A DNA stretch of 64,000 bases from a virus, in the IMG/VR virus record IMGVR_UViG_3300025767_001290, positions 1 to 64,000 of that record, one strand, 5' to 3'. A program made the translations under genes and the position numbers. Below are positions 27,997 through 37,960 of the stretch, piece after piece. The notes under the pieces are model-generated. The model had not been told where the DNA came from, searched no databases, and saw only the letters and a list, made by a program, of their open reading frames with translations. Within the stretch, counting starts at the first letter, position 1, and each line of letters opens with the position of its first letter.

Positions 27997-30900
27997 TTAA
28001 TCAGCGATGCCACCTACAGTCCAGCTTGTTGAATCAGACTGTCCACCGCTGTAGATTGCGCCGAAATAAGTGCCTGCGGGCAATGCTGCACTAATTGAGT
28101 CAGAACCGGAAGAATTGAAAGTGCCGCCACCGCTGCCGCCGCCGCCCAGGGCCCATCCATAAGAAGCACCCGGAGTTCCAGTAAAATAAGCTGTACATAA
28201 TGATGTTGACCCGTTATACGGTCCTACAAATACACTTATTGTTACAGGGTAGCTTAGTGGTGGAGTATATCCGCATGTTGGGCTGTTTGCTGTAGTACGT
28301 GTAGTTGATCCGCCGCTTCCGTCGGCTATTTGCTCAACTAATGTAGTTCCACTACAGTTAGAACTAAGCACTGTTCCAGCTGCTGGCGGTGGGGGTGTGT
28401 ATCCACAAGATATACTATTTGTTTGAATAATTGCGTATGTGTCTGGACCGTAGCCGCCGGAGTAAATGCCCCATTGTGTTGTACCAACACAATATGTACT
28501 TAATAGTGTGCCAACAGCCGGTGGTACCTCAGGAGCATTATTAACTGTGACTGATGCAGAAGCTGTGCCGCCAGCAGTTGTTATAGTAGCTGACCATATA
28601 CCTACGACTCCTAATGTGCTTGTATAACTACCAGTAAGATCACTGAATGTAGTAGTTCCACCATCGGCAGCTGTAACAACTATACTTGCAGGGCTTACTC
28701 CGTTTGCAGTCCACGTCAGTGTATACTGGGTAACATTAATAATTCCAACTTGAGGACCAAAACTAATACTCGGTGCTAGCGGAGCTGGTGCTGTTACTGT
28801 AATCGGAGCAGTATCAGTAACAGTGCCACCTGCATTAGAAGCTGTTAATGTTGTATTAAAGTTTCCGGCGCTAAGATACGGTCCATTTGCCCGTGTGCCT
28901 GATGGTCCTAAACTGTAGGTTCCAGTATCACCAGTTACTACTATTGATGTTGCGCCTGTAACATCCCAATACAGTGTATTAGAATCACCTACTTCTATCG
29001 ACGACGGGCTCCAATAAAAAGAATTAATTACTGGCGGCGGTGTCGGCGCTACGTATCCGCATGTTGGGCTGTTTGGTGTTTCGACTCTATTCGATCCACC
29101 GCTGCCGTCAGCTATTTGCTGAACTAATGTAGTTCCACTACAGTTAGAAGTAAGCACTGTTCCAGCTGCTGGCGCTGCTGATACCGATGTCAAGTCAGGC
29201 GTGGCTGCTACTGACAGTTGTTCATTGGAATTTCCTCTATACAATACTAGCATACCTGCTGTATGTGTTCCAGTAGTAGTAGCAGTTGCACTAAGTGTGT
29301 GAGGACTTATTGATTGGGAAGATGCTATAAAAGTATTGCTAGGGTCTCGTATATAACTAACACTACTATATGTTCCGCCGGCACTATCCGGATTAACTGC
29401 TGCCTGAATAGTTTCACCAACTGTGTATGTAGCCGACAGGAACTGTATTATTGGATCAGGTGTTGGGGCTTGAGGGCTTACATTGATCGCTGCTTCAGCA
29501 TACCCTTGTCCTGCTGAATTAATCGCTGTTATATCAGCTGACCATTGGCCCACGACTCCTAGTGGAGCAGTTTCACTTCCAGTTAGCCCCGTTAGAGTAG
29601 CAATCTCGCCGAGGGGATTTACTACTACAATCGATGCACTAGTAGCACCAGCGCCTGCATTCCAACTCAAAGTAACACTAGTAGTGTTAAGAATTGCCGA
29701 ACTAGGGCTCCAAATAATCGTCGGTACTGGCACTTCAACCGGCGCAGCTATTCCTGCTAGTGTATAATTAAGAGAGTTATACCCTGCGGCATAAGACGCT
29801 ATATTGCCCAACGAAACAGAAGCATACGTAGACAAAGTATTGTCACTCCGTGTATAACTAAATGTTCCATTGCCGGCACCGTCTAACGTGCCGCTAGATG
29901 CGGCGCCGCCAGCTGCATTGTTTGTTGAAGCCCAGGCGTAAGAACTGTTTGGTAACGCTCCAGTGATTAACCCGCTGACTGGTTCATATGTATTTGGTTG
30001 AATTAAGGTAAGATTAGGCGTTAGTAGCGGCGGTGGCTCATTTTGAACTACTACTGAAAACGCACCGTTAGTGTCCGGAGAAGGAACAGCTATAACATAG
30101 TTAAAAGTGCCAGCTGTAGAATAAGCACTTGATACAGTATATCTTCCTTCGCTATTAAAACTAACACCAGATACAGGATGAGGTCCTGTAATATTAAAGC
30201 TGCCGCCCGGGCGGCCTCCCGAGACAGTTAACGTAGTAAGTTCATTTATGTAAGGACTTGGTGGAGATACTGATGCAGTCGGAGTATATACTTGTTGCAC
30301 AGTTATTGAAGCTGAAGCTGTTCCGCTACAGAAGTTTTCTGTAGCTGTGTATGTATAAGTTGCTGGAGAACCTGCAGTAAAGTTAAATGATGCAACTCCG
30401 CTGCCGTTAAAGCTTAATGCTGGAAAAGGACCCATTGCACCATTTTGTCCCCAGGAGAACGTGCCTCCAGGATAGCCACCACTGATTGTTACTGCTACAC
30501 TATCTCCTGGTAGCGCTGAGCTAGCCATTGATATTGATAATACTGGACATATTTTTACGGTTGCTGTAGCAGTACTCGGCGATCCAACGGGGAACGTGCC
30601 AACATATGTAAAATCACCTGGTAATGTGTGCAGTGAGCTTCGAGTATATGAGCCGCTGCTATTTAATGTATAAGTGCTGCCAACTTGATTATAATTAGGT
30701 ACTGATGCTGCGGTATATGTTACTGTTGTGTTTGGTGTGCCTGTGGAATTAAAGGTAAACAGAGAACCAACTGGAACTGAGCTTGGCGTAATTACAAAAG
30801 TGTTAGCTATTGGTTGATCTGTAAGTGTCCATGTTGCATAAGAAGGAACACCAGTTTCATCCGATAATTTAAAACTTTCAGTTCCTTCAATATTGCTATC

Positions 30901-33900
30901 AACTACTGATGTAATAGTTGCTGTAGCAGTACGGAATACATTATCCTGTGCTGTACTTAATCCACTAAATGTAATTCCGTTGCCACCAGTGGAATATTCA
31001 GACCCAACTGGATCACCTATACTTGGATTTCTATAGAATCTCAAAGATTGTGTACTAGCAGTAGCATTCTTATATCTTAAGGAGAATGTAATAGTATCAC
31101 CTTCAGTATACGAAGTTCCGTTAGGAAGGCTTACACTAAAAACAGGTTCAATAAGTGTTGTTGTAAGTTGCCCGCTTGCTATAGCAGTTTGCCCGTCTGG
31201 TGTGCTTGCAATAACTTGCCAATTCGCAGTGCCTTCATCTGTAAATGTAACATAGTCAGTATTTGCATTGACATAAAGAGCATCTGGTGTTAATCCGTTA
31301 TCATAAGTTACTGCAAGGCCATCGGGCAAAGCATTACCTGTGATAAGATAATCTACCTGTGTGGCATTTGAAGATTGGTAATATAATGTTGCAGGAGTTC
31401 CGACTACTGGACTTGGAGGACTAAATCCTGCACTTGTAATAACTGGCGCAGCCCAAGCTGTTGTTGTTCCTGTAAAATAATGTCTATCAAGTATAGGGGA
31501 TCCGCTTGTGCCAGATCCCTGGTACAAGTAAAGCTGTCCAAACACATCTGCAGCAGGTGTGTTTGGACCATTTGTAGCAGTTACAGATATTGTTATTGTT
31601 TCAGATTGGCTAGGTGTTATACTAAACGTATGCCTTGCTCCGCCGCCGGCAACAGCAACGGCACTTCCGTTTATAGTAACGTTCCATGTATTATACCAGC
31701 TTGCTATTAAGACAGTAAGCTCAACTGCTGTATTATCCGGCGCACTAGTTAACGACACGCTTGTAGTCCAAGTTGTAGTTTCTGTTGGGGCTATACTAAA
31801 TGTATGAGCATTGCCAAATCTCCCGCTGGAAAATTGCGCTTCAACTGGAGGGTTTGGACTTGTATCATCAACACTAACTATTCTAGTTTGAGACTGAGTA
31901 GTTGGACTGCTTGCCAAATATGTCCTAGTTCCAAATTGTTCCGTACCCTCTGTTGTTGAGTCAGCTCTTATAGATCGTGTAAATGAGTATGTGCCATCAC
32001 CTGTGTTAGGACTGTTAGTGATAGTAACCGGTGCTGTGCCGGTTGTACCGTTGATGAAATCATTGGCATTCATCTCATCGCCAACTTGTTGCCAAGATAC
32101 TGAGCCAGTGGTTGACTCCCAACCTGTTACTGTTCCGCTAAATGTAAATGTATTAGAAGTAGTTTCGTTGCCTATTACCTTATCAACATTAAGCGTAGTG
32201 TTGATATTTGGCGTTAGTGGCACAGGTACACCTGCACCTGTCCAATATACTTTATAAGATGGGCCGGCTCCAGTAGCTTCAAGGATTGTGAAATGAAATT
32301 GTCTATTTACAGAAGCAAAGTCTAAGATTGAGGTCGGTGTAACACTAATCGGAACAGTAATCGATTGTCCTGCTGCAAGATTATAATTTTTAGTAGCAGT
32401 TGTAGCACTTGATACATCGTCAACAGACACTTCCCATGCCGATGGCCTAGCGGTTTCTTGAACTGTTACTACTCCCGATCGAACACCAGATGGTGCTGTA
32501 ATTGTAATATTAGTAGTTGCTGTTGTGTTAATTACAACATCGCCAATGTCCCATGCAGTGTTTTGTATAGAATAAGATGATGGAGATATAGTAAATGTAA
32601 ACGGTGGAACCCAACCACACGTTGCACTATTTGCTTCAATTAGTTGATTATAAGTTCCGCCTGATCCATTTGCATAAGTCCCGTATAAATCATCGCCACT
32701 ACAATATTGATTTAATAATGTGCCAGCAGCAGGCGGCGTTAACGAAGTATCGTTAATATTTACACTAATAGTAGATGCTCCATTATTTAATGCTAGTGTA
32801 AGAGTCTCAGTTCCTTCAGTTAATAGATCATTAGCAAAAGTAATAGTTACTGTATTATTAGTTCCTACTACAAAAGATCCTTGCAGCGGAACATTTATGT
32901 CACTTGTAGTTACTCCAGTAATTGTATACGGTATAGTCGTTCCATTAGAAACATTTGTAGTTACTAATGTTATTGTTGCCGAACTTCCTTCACTTGCTAA
33001 TGTTGCCGACCTTGATAGACTATATGACGGAACTGGAGGTGTATTTGCACTTAGATTAACAATATTACTACCCGAAGGCAACTGTTCAGCTTCTATTACT
33101 ACAGTGTTATGTGATAATCCGTTAATAGTAACAGTGCCGTCTGGAACTAATAACGAAGCACTACTAGTCCAATCTCCATATAGCGGCTCATCTATAGAGT
33201 AGCCTCCTGGGTTTGGATCTGTAAATAATACTTTAAACTGGATTGTACGTGTACCGGTTTGTAATGCATATAATTCATATGCACTTTGTGAATATGTTGT
33301 GCCGGCATCTTTTCTATAACATAATTGATATGTACTCGTTAGGGAGTTATTACCAATGTTACTTGCAGATCCTACACTAGAATTACTGTAAGTATCATCT
33401 GCTGTGAAACTAACAACTCCCATAGCAGCCATAGAAGATTGCCAATCAGCTGTCTTTTGTTGAGCTCCTGTATATGCTACTTGAGCATTAAATCGTATTT
33501 CGCCGCCTGCGTTAAAGAAATGCCTGCGATCTTCTACAGTAGGGAATGTTACAGTAAATATTTGATTAAGAAAGCTAGTCCATGATCCGCTTACATTAGT
33601 ATAATATGTACTTGATATCGGAGTGTTAGCTGATGTTGTTAGAGTCGTTGTTGATGCTTGCGTTGTAATATCAATATCAAAGCGATCTAATTCTATAGTA
33701 GTCATTAATGACTCAAGAGCACTAATGTATGCTTCTTCTACTTTATCAGTGTTAGCTGCATTAGTTTCAAAATCACCAATTACAAAATCATCTATAGTAA
33801 CTGCTGCGGCACCAACTTGATGTGCTCTACATCGAACAATATCAATATACAAGTCTTCGTATTGTTGCGCTGAAATCTTATCCGAGTTTGGGATTGTGTT

Positions 33901-34044
33901 TGACCGTGTTCCAGCAACATCTAATGCTGCGTTAAGTGTTTGCCCGTATCCAAATGTCGGAGCTGCAGAACCTGACGTGCCTAGTACAGCTTCAAGTCTG
34001 TCTTGCAGATTATTAAATCGGGTAGCTAAAATAGTAGTGGGCAT
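27997..34044 (-). CDS. Large modular tail fibre/adhesin-like virion protein (2015 aa)
   Basis: N-terminal domain paralogous to 34109-37951; Calx-beta-like and PKD/Ig-like repeats; four two-Cys modules; very Thr/Ser/Gly-rich. Confidence 0.8.
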   Translation of the reverse strand: MPTTILATRFNNLQDRLEAVLGTSGSAAPTFGYGQTLNAALDVAGTRSNTIPNSDKISAQQYEDLYIDIVRCRAHQVGAAAVTIDDFVIGDFETNAANTDKVEEAYISALESLMTTIELDRFDIDITTQASTTTLTTSANTPISSTYYTNVSGSWTSFLNQIFTVTFPTVEDRRHFFNAGGEIRFNAQVAYTGAQQKTADWQSSMAAMGVVSFTADDTYSNSSVGSASNIGNNSLTSTYQLCYRKDAGTTYSQSAYELYALQTGTRTIQFKVLFTDPNPGGYSIDEPLYGDWTSSASLLVPDGTVTINGLSHNTVVIEAEQLPSGSNIVNLSANTPPVPSYSLSRSATLASEGSSATITLVTTNVSNGTTIPYTITGVTTSDINVPLQGSFVVGTNNTVTITFANDLLTEGTETLTLALNNGASTISVNINDTSLTPPAAGTLLNQYCSGDDLYGTYANGSGGTYNQLIEANSATCGWVPPFTFTISPSSYSIQNTAWDIGDVVINTTATTNITITAPSGVRSGVVTVQETARPSAWEVSVDDVSSATTATKNYNLAAGQSITVPISVTPTSILDFASVNRQFHFTILEATGAGPSYKVYWTGAGVPVPLTPNINTTLNVDKVIGNETTSNTFTFSGTVTGWESTTGSVSWQQVGDEMNANDFINGTTGTAPVTITNSPNTGDGTYSFTRSIRADSTTEGTEQFGTRTYLASSPTTQSQTRIVSVDDTSPNPPVEAQFSSGRFGNAHTFSIAPTETTTWTTSVSLTSAPDNTAVELTVLIASWYNTWNVTINGSAVAVAGGGARHTFSITPSQSETITISVTATNGPNTPAADVFGQLYLYQGSGTSGSPILDRHYFTGTTTAWAAPVITSAGFSPPSPVVGTPATLYYQSSNATQVDYLITGNALPDGLAVTYDNGLTPDALYVNANTDYVTFTDEGTANWQVIASTPDGQTAIASGQLTTTLIEPVFSVSLPNGTSYTEGDTITFSLRYKNATASTQSLRFYRNPSIGDPVGSEYSTGGNGITFSGLSTAQDNVFRTATATITSVVDSNIEGTESFKLSDETGVPSYATWTLTDQPIANTFVITPSSVPVGSLFTFNSTGTPNTTVTYTAASVPNYNQVGSTYTLNSSGSYTRSSLHTLPGDFTYVGTFPVGSPSTATATVKICPVLSISMASSALPGDSVAVTISGGYPGGTFSWGQNGAMGPFPALSFNGSGVASFNFTAGSPATYTYTATENFCSGTASASITVQQVYTPTASVSPPSPYINELTTLTVSGGRPGGSFNITGPHPVSGVSFNSEGRYTVSSAYSTAGTFNYVIAVPSPDTNGAFSVVVQNEPPPLLTPNLTLIQPNTYEPVSGLITGALPNSSYAWASTNNAAGGAASSGTLDGAGNGTFSYTRSDNTLSTYASVSLGNIASYAAGYNSLNYTLAGIAAPVEVPVPTIIWSPSSAILNTTSVTLSWNAGAGATSASIVVVNPLGEIATLTGLTGSETAPLGVVGQWSADITAINSAGQGYAEAAINVSPQAPTPDPIIQFLSATYTVGETIQAAVNPDSAGGTYSSVSYIRDPSNTFIASSQSISPHTLSATATTTGTHTAGMLVLYRGNSNEQLSVAATPDLTSVSAAPAAGTVLTSNCSGTTLVQQIADGSGGSNRVETPNSPTCGYVAPTPPPVINSFYWSPSSIEVGDSNTLYWDVTGATSIVVTGDTGTYSLGPSGTRANGPYLSAGNFNTTLTASNAGGTVTDTAPITVTAPAPLAPSISFGPQVGIINVTQYTLTWTANGVSPASIVVTAADGGTTTFSDLTGSYTSTLGVVGIWSATITTAGGTASASVTVNNAPEVPPAVGTLLSTYCVGTTQWGIYSGGYGPDTYAIIQTNSISCGYTPPPPAAGTVLSSNCSGTTLVEQIADGSGGSTTRTTANSPTCGYTPPLSYPVTISVFVGPYNGSTSLCTAYFTGTPGASYGWALGGGGSGGGTFNSSGSDSISAALPAGTYFGAIYSGGQSDSTSWTVGGIAD
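28268..29174. repeat. Imperfect 121-bp intragenic direct repeat (28268-28388 and 29054-29174)
   Basis: Ungapped manual alignment gives about 15 mismatches in 121 nt; both copies encode the two-Cys module. Confidence 0.9.
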
Positions 34045-34071
34045 GCAATCTCTCTAATTTAAATATACTGT

Positions 34072-34079
34072 GTATTTAT
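34072..34079 (-). promoter_or_regulatory. Late-promoter motif ATAAATAC
   Basis: Intergenic, 27 nt upstream of ATG 34044. Confidence 0.6.
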
Positions 34080-34108
34080 TAAAAAAATACCCACTACTAT
34101 TTTTTATA

Positions 34109-37100
34109 TTATTGTCTGTATAGTACTAGAGAAAATGTAGGATATGTTCCTGGGTAACCCGCTGCAAGAATACCAAAATTAAATGTATATGTGTTTGCAT
34201 TTAAATTACTAGTATTGCCGGCTACTCCTACACGCCTAGTTGCACCCGGAGCAAGTACAAAGCTTGGAGCTGAAATACCTGTATTTGTTCCTGTTAGTCT
34301 ACTAATCTCTTGTACACTTATATTAAGGGTCTCATCAGTTGGATTAGTAACTACAAAACTAGCTGCTGCAATTTGTGTGCCTGGATTAATTTCAATTGAT
34401 TTACTTGTAGGGCTAACTGTTACAGGAGTATCTTGTGATACTGGTTCTGGATCAACTACTGTAATATTAAACGTGTCTGTAGTCGATGTAGGATCGGAAT
34501 AGGTTACAACATAAGTGTAAGATCCTGCGCTATTAATTACAGTAGTTCCTGAAAAATCACCGCTGTTGTCAAAAGTTCCTGTAGCTTCTGATATTCCGTT
34601 ATTAGCTGTCCATGTTGTTCCTGGTGCTCCACCGTTAATAGCATAAGCAAACGTTTCGCCTCTTGTTACTGATGTAGGTAGACTTATTGATGGATTATAT
34701 GTCGGTACTGGTGCTGCTGGGGTTAAAGATGTGTCTTGTATAGCAGCATAAATTGCCGTTCGGACTACTGGGCCTGCGACACTTCCAGTTCTTAATTCTG
34801 TTCCAAAAAATTCTGTACCTGATTCAGTTGTAGCGTCGGCTACTGCTGTCCTAGTAAATGATCCTGAATTATTACTAATTGTAACTGTTCCAGTGAGTCC
34901 GTTAACATCATTTGCAGAAATAGGTGCGGGTGAAAATGTTTGTTTATTAACCCAGTATAGTACTGTTCCGTTTGGAACATTAGTAGTTGTTACTGTGTAT
35001 ACAAATGCCGAATATGTTGTTTCATTACCTACTGTTGGATATCCAGCTCGACCGCTATCTACAGTCATGCTGTATGTCGGAGTTTGAACTACTTCTGCTG
35101 TCCAATTAAGTTGTACAACTTTTGTGCCTGCGGTTGTACTTATTGTTAGTGTTGATGTTCCTGAACTTCCAAATCTATAAAATGTAACGTCTATATATTT
35201 ACTCGAGCTCGGAGTAACTGAGAAGTTAGCAACACCGCTTGGTACCCCTAAGGCTCCTGTATAATCAATACTTGTAGCAGATGCACTACTTTGACTAACT
35301 GATATACCTGTTACTGTTACTGCTGCGTTTGATGTAAATGTAATACGCTGCGGGCTTGGTCTTACTCCAGAAGGTGATGTAAATTGTAGGTTGCTAGAAG
35401 AAGTAGATATTGCAGGAACTATTGTAGGTGTCGGTGCAGGTACTGCATCCCATGTTAACTTAATTGCGCCGCTAGCACCTGGTGCTGCTCCGCCTGCGCT
35501 GCCTCCCGATGCTCCGCCTCCGCCTCCGTAGTTGCCGCCTGTGCCGCCTGTGGTGGTACCAGTGGCTCCATTAGCTCCTAACGATCCGCCTGCGCCGCCT
35601 GTGCCATAAGCACCATTAGCTGTTCCAAAAGTTCCGCTTCCGCTATTAATTCCGCCTGCACCTACGCCGCCGCCACCGCCTGCGCCGTAACTAGGACTAA
35701 CGCTGCCGCCTCCGCCGCCGCCGCCGCCTGCACCGCCTGTGCCTGCTGTTCCGTTAGTTGCTGCTATTCCAGATATTGATCGACCGCCTGTGCCGCCTGT
35801 GCCGCCATTGCCTGCATAACCGCCGGCACCTCCGCCACCACCGCCGCCATAGGTCCAATAGCCTGCTCCGCCAGCTCCGCCATTGCCGCCATTTGTTCCA
35901 ACAAAGCCGCCACCTGATGCACCTGGTGATAGTTGAGTATTATTAGAGACATACGAGCCTTGACTGCCGCCTCTGCCTGACACAGTGTTTAATGTTTTAA
36001 AATATGTATTTCCGCCTGCTGAATTACCTGCGCCTACTCCAACTGCTACATCATATGTTTGTCCAGGAATTACTGAGATCGTACTAGATCCGTAGCCGCC
36101 GCCTCCGCCGCCGCCTCCGCCATTAGTATAACCTGCGCCACCTCCGCCGACTGAATATACAGTTACACTATCAATGTGAGACGGAGCAGTCCATTTGTAT
36201 ATCCCTGCTTGAGTAGCAGTTACTGACGTGCCGCTGTTGGATAAGAAAGTTGCTGATGGCGGTGTTAGTGAAGTATCTGATATATACGTTGCTGCACCAT
36301 TGCCTGCTGTTAGTACAACTGTACCGTTAGTTGAGCCTGTTCTTAGTTGTATGTCAAATACTTCTGAACCTTCAGTTGTTACATCTGCTCTAGTAGTACG
36401 AGTAAATGTACCAGAACCGCTAGTCATAGTAACTGTCCCGCTGAGCGTACCATCAGTAAAATCTCCAGCAGTTATGCCAGAGCCCGTAGTTGTCCAATAT
36501 AATGTACCATTAGGTACATTAGTAGTAGATACAGTATATGTCGAAGAGCTTCCTTCAGATATTGTAGACGTTGACGATGTTATTGAATATGTAGGCGTAG
36601 GCGCAGGTGTAACACCTACAGAATTATCTACTATTGTAACAACTCCGGTCGAGTCAACAAAACTTGACAGTGACGCATCTGTGTATAACCTTAATCTAAA
36701 ACTTTCAGTACCTTCAGTAAAGTTATCAGCTAAAAGTGTTCTATTAATAGTTCGTTCAGCTTGTGTATATGCTGCGGTAATTGTAATACTTCCTGATAGT
36801 GTGTTATCATCAAAATCAGCCGCTGTTACATTGCCGCTAACAGTTTCGGTATCCCAATACAATGTAATCGGATACGGTACGTTTACTGCATTTACAACAT
36901 AATCTACACTTGCATATTGCTGTCCGTTTAGGTTTTCAATTTCGTATTGATTCCTTGCTAAGTCAACTCCAATAGAATATTCTGGGCTCTTATTAATCTC
37001 TGCAGGAGAGTCAAATCCTGATACTGATGTTGTGATGGAAAATGTAGGATCTTCAACAGATACATAGTTTCCTTTAGCAATGTATAACTGCACATTACTT

Positions 37101-37951
37101 TCAAGTCTTCCATCTACATTGTTGTCAACTACATTGTCGAAAACAGTATCATTAAATTCAATTTTAAATTCAATTTTACTGTCTGATACTTCTCTAGCGT
37201 TAATTTTAAAAGTATTATTTTCGTATATAGGACTTGTATACCCAGTACCTGCTTTGTAATAAATTTGCTGGTACGATGTTGTAAGATCATAGTTACCTAC
37301 AGTAGATACTTGAGTGGCGTTTGCTGTAGTATTGCTGTAACTAAATGAAACTGTTCCAACTTGTCCAAGTAATTGCGCCCAGTCAAGTCCCTTTTGTGTT
37401 CTTGCAGCAGAATTAGATGCTGCTATTCTTATTTGGCCACCACTGTTAAAAAAGTGACGTCTGTGATCTGCATCATTAAATGTTACAGTAAATAATTGAT
37501 AAATTAATCCGTTCCATGTTGCTGATCTTATATCAGTTAATTTAAGTGATTGCTCTGATTGCAACGGAGATAATACAAATTTTTGTTCTTCAATTAGAGT
37601 CATTAAAGCTTCGTAATCCGCAATACCTTTTTTAAACCCGTCTGGATCATCTGTAAGTAGTCCATTGTCACTTAAAAATGCACTTGTATCTTGAGCTACT
37701 GTATTCGATCCACTTACTACTTTATCAATTGAGTTAACTCCAAGGCCGCCGACTCCAACTTGGTGTACTCTAGCATTTAAAATATCTACATATATATTGT
37801 TAAGATCGTCAGCTTTAACTTCACTTTCAACTGAACTAACTTGGCTGCTTGCAAGAGTTTGCCCATATCCATTTTGCCCAGCGCCTTGACCATGAATTAA
37901 TGAAATTCTATTTTGTAGGTTGTTAATTCGTGCTGCTGTAATATTTGCCAT
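34109..37951 (-). CDS. Tail fibre/adhesin-like protein with glycine-rich domain (1280 aa)
   Basis: Shared N-terminal domain (NNLQ.R...GYGQ.L; RRHFFN.GG.IR), three Calx-beta-like repeats, W.AP.....V..VGGGG glycine-rich domain. Confidence 0.8.
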   Translation of the reverse strand: MANITAARINNLQNRISLIHGQGAGQNGYGQTLASSQVSSVESEVKADDLNNIYVDILNARVHQVGVGGLGVNSIDKVVSGSNTVAQDTSAFLSDNGLLTDDPDGFKKGIADYEALMTLIEEQKFVLSPLQSEQSLKLTDIRSATWNGLIYQLFTVTFNDADHRRHFFNSGGQIRIAASNSAARTQKGLDWAQLLGQVGTVSFSYSNTTANATQVSTVGNYDLTTSYQQIYYKAGTGYTSPIYENNTFKINAREVSDSKIEFKIEFNDTVFDNVVDNNVDGRLESNVQLYIAKGNYVSVEDPTFSITTSVSGFDSPAEINKSPEYSIGVDLARNQYEIENLNGQQYASVDYVVNAVNVPYPITLYWDTETVSGNVTAADFDDNTLSGSITITAAYTQAERTINRTLLADNFTEGTESFRLRLYTDASLSSFVDSTGVVTIVDNSVGVTPAPTPTYSITSSTSTISEGSSSTYTVSTTNVPNGTLYWTTTGSGITAGDFTDGTLSGTVTMTSGSGTFTRTTRADVTTEGSEVFDIQLRTGSTNGTVVLTAGNGAATYISDTSLTPPSATFLSNSGTSVTATQAGIYKWTAPSHIDSVTVYSVGGGGAGYTNGGGGGGGGGYGSSTISVIPGQTYDVAVGVGAGNSAGGNTYFKTLNTVSGRGGSQGSYVSNNTQLSPGASGGGFVGTNGGNGGAGGAGYWTYGGGGGGGAGGYAGNGGTGGTGGRSISGIAATNGTAGTGGAGGGGGGGGSVSPSYGAGGGGGVGAGGINSGSGTFGTANGAYGTGGAGGSLGANGATGTTTGGTGGNYGGGGGASGGSAGGAAPGASGAIKLTWDAVPAPTPTIVPAISTSSSNLQFTSPSGVRPSPQRITFTSNAAVTVTGISVSQSSASATSIDYTGALGVPSGVANFSVTPSSSKYIDVTFYRFGSSGTSTLTISTTAGTKVVQLNWTAEVVQTPTYSMTVDSGRAGYPTVGNETTYSAFVYTVTTTNVPNGTVLYWVNKQTFSPAPISANDVNGLTGTVTISNNSGSFTRTAVADATTESGTEFFGTELRTGSVAGPVVRTAIYAAIQDTSLTPAAPVPTYNPSISLPTSVTRGETFAYAINGGAPGTTWTANNGISEATGTFDNSGDFSGTTVINSAGSYTYVVTYSDPTSTTDTFNITVVDPEPVSQDTPVTVSPTSKSIEINPGTQIAAASFVVTNPTDETLNISVQEISRLTGTNTGISAPSFVLAPGATRRVGVAGNTSNLNANTYTFNFGILAAGYPGTYPTFSLVLYRQ

Positions 37952-37960
37952 TTGGGTTCC

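Noticed and set aside
28268-29174. 121-bp repeat pair near a fibre C-terminus as a diversity-generating retroelement TR/VR
   Set aside because: Mismatches are not restricted to adenines, both copies are in-frame coding modules, and no reverse transcriptase is present in the window
35480-36150. GCC/CCG runs as a microsatellite or foreign insertion
   Set aside because: Explained by in-frame polyglycine coding
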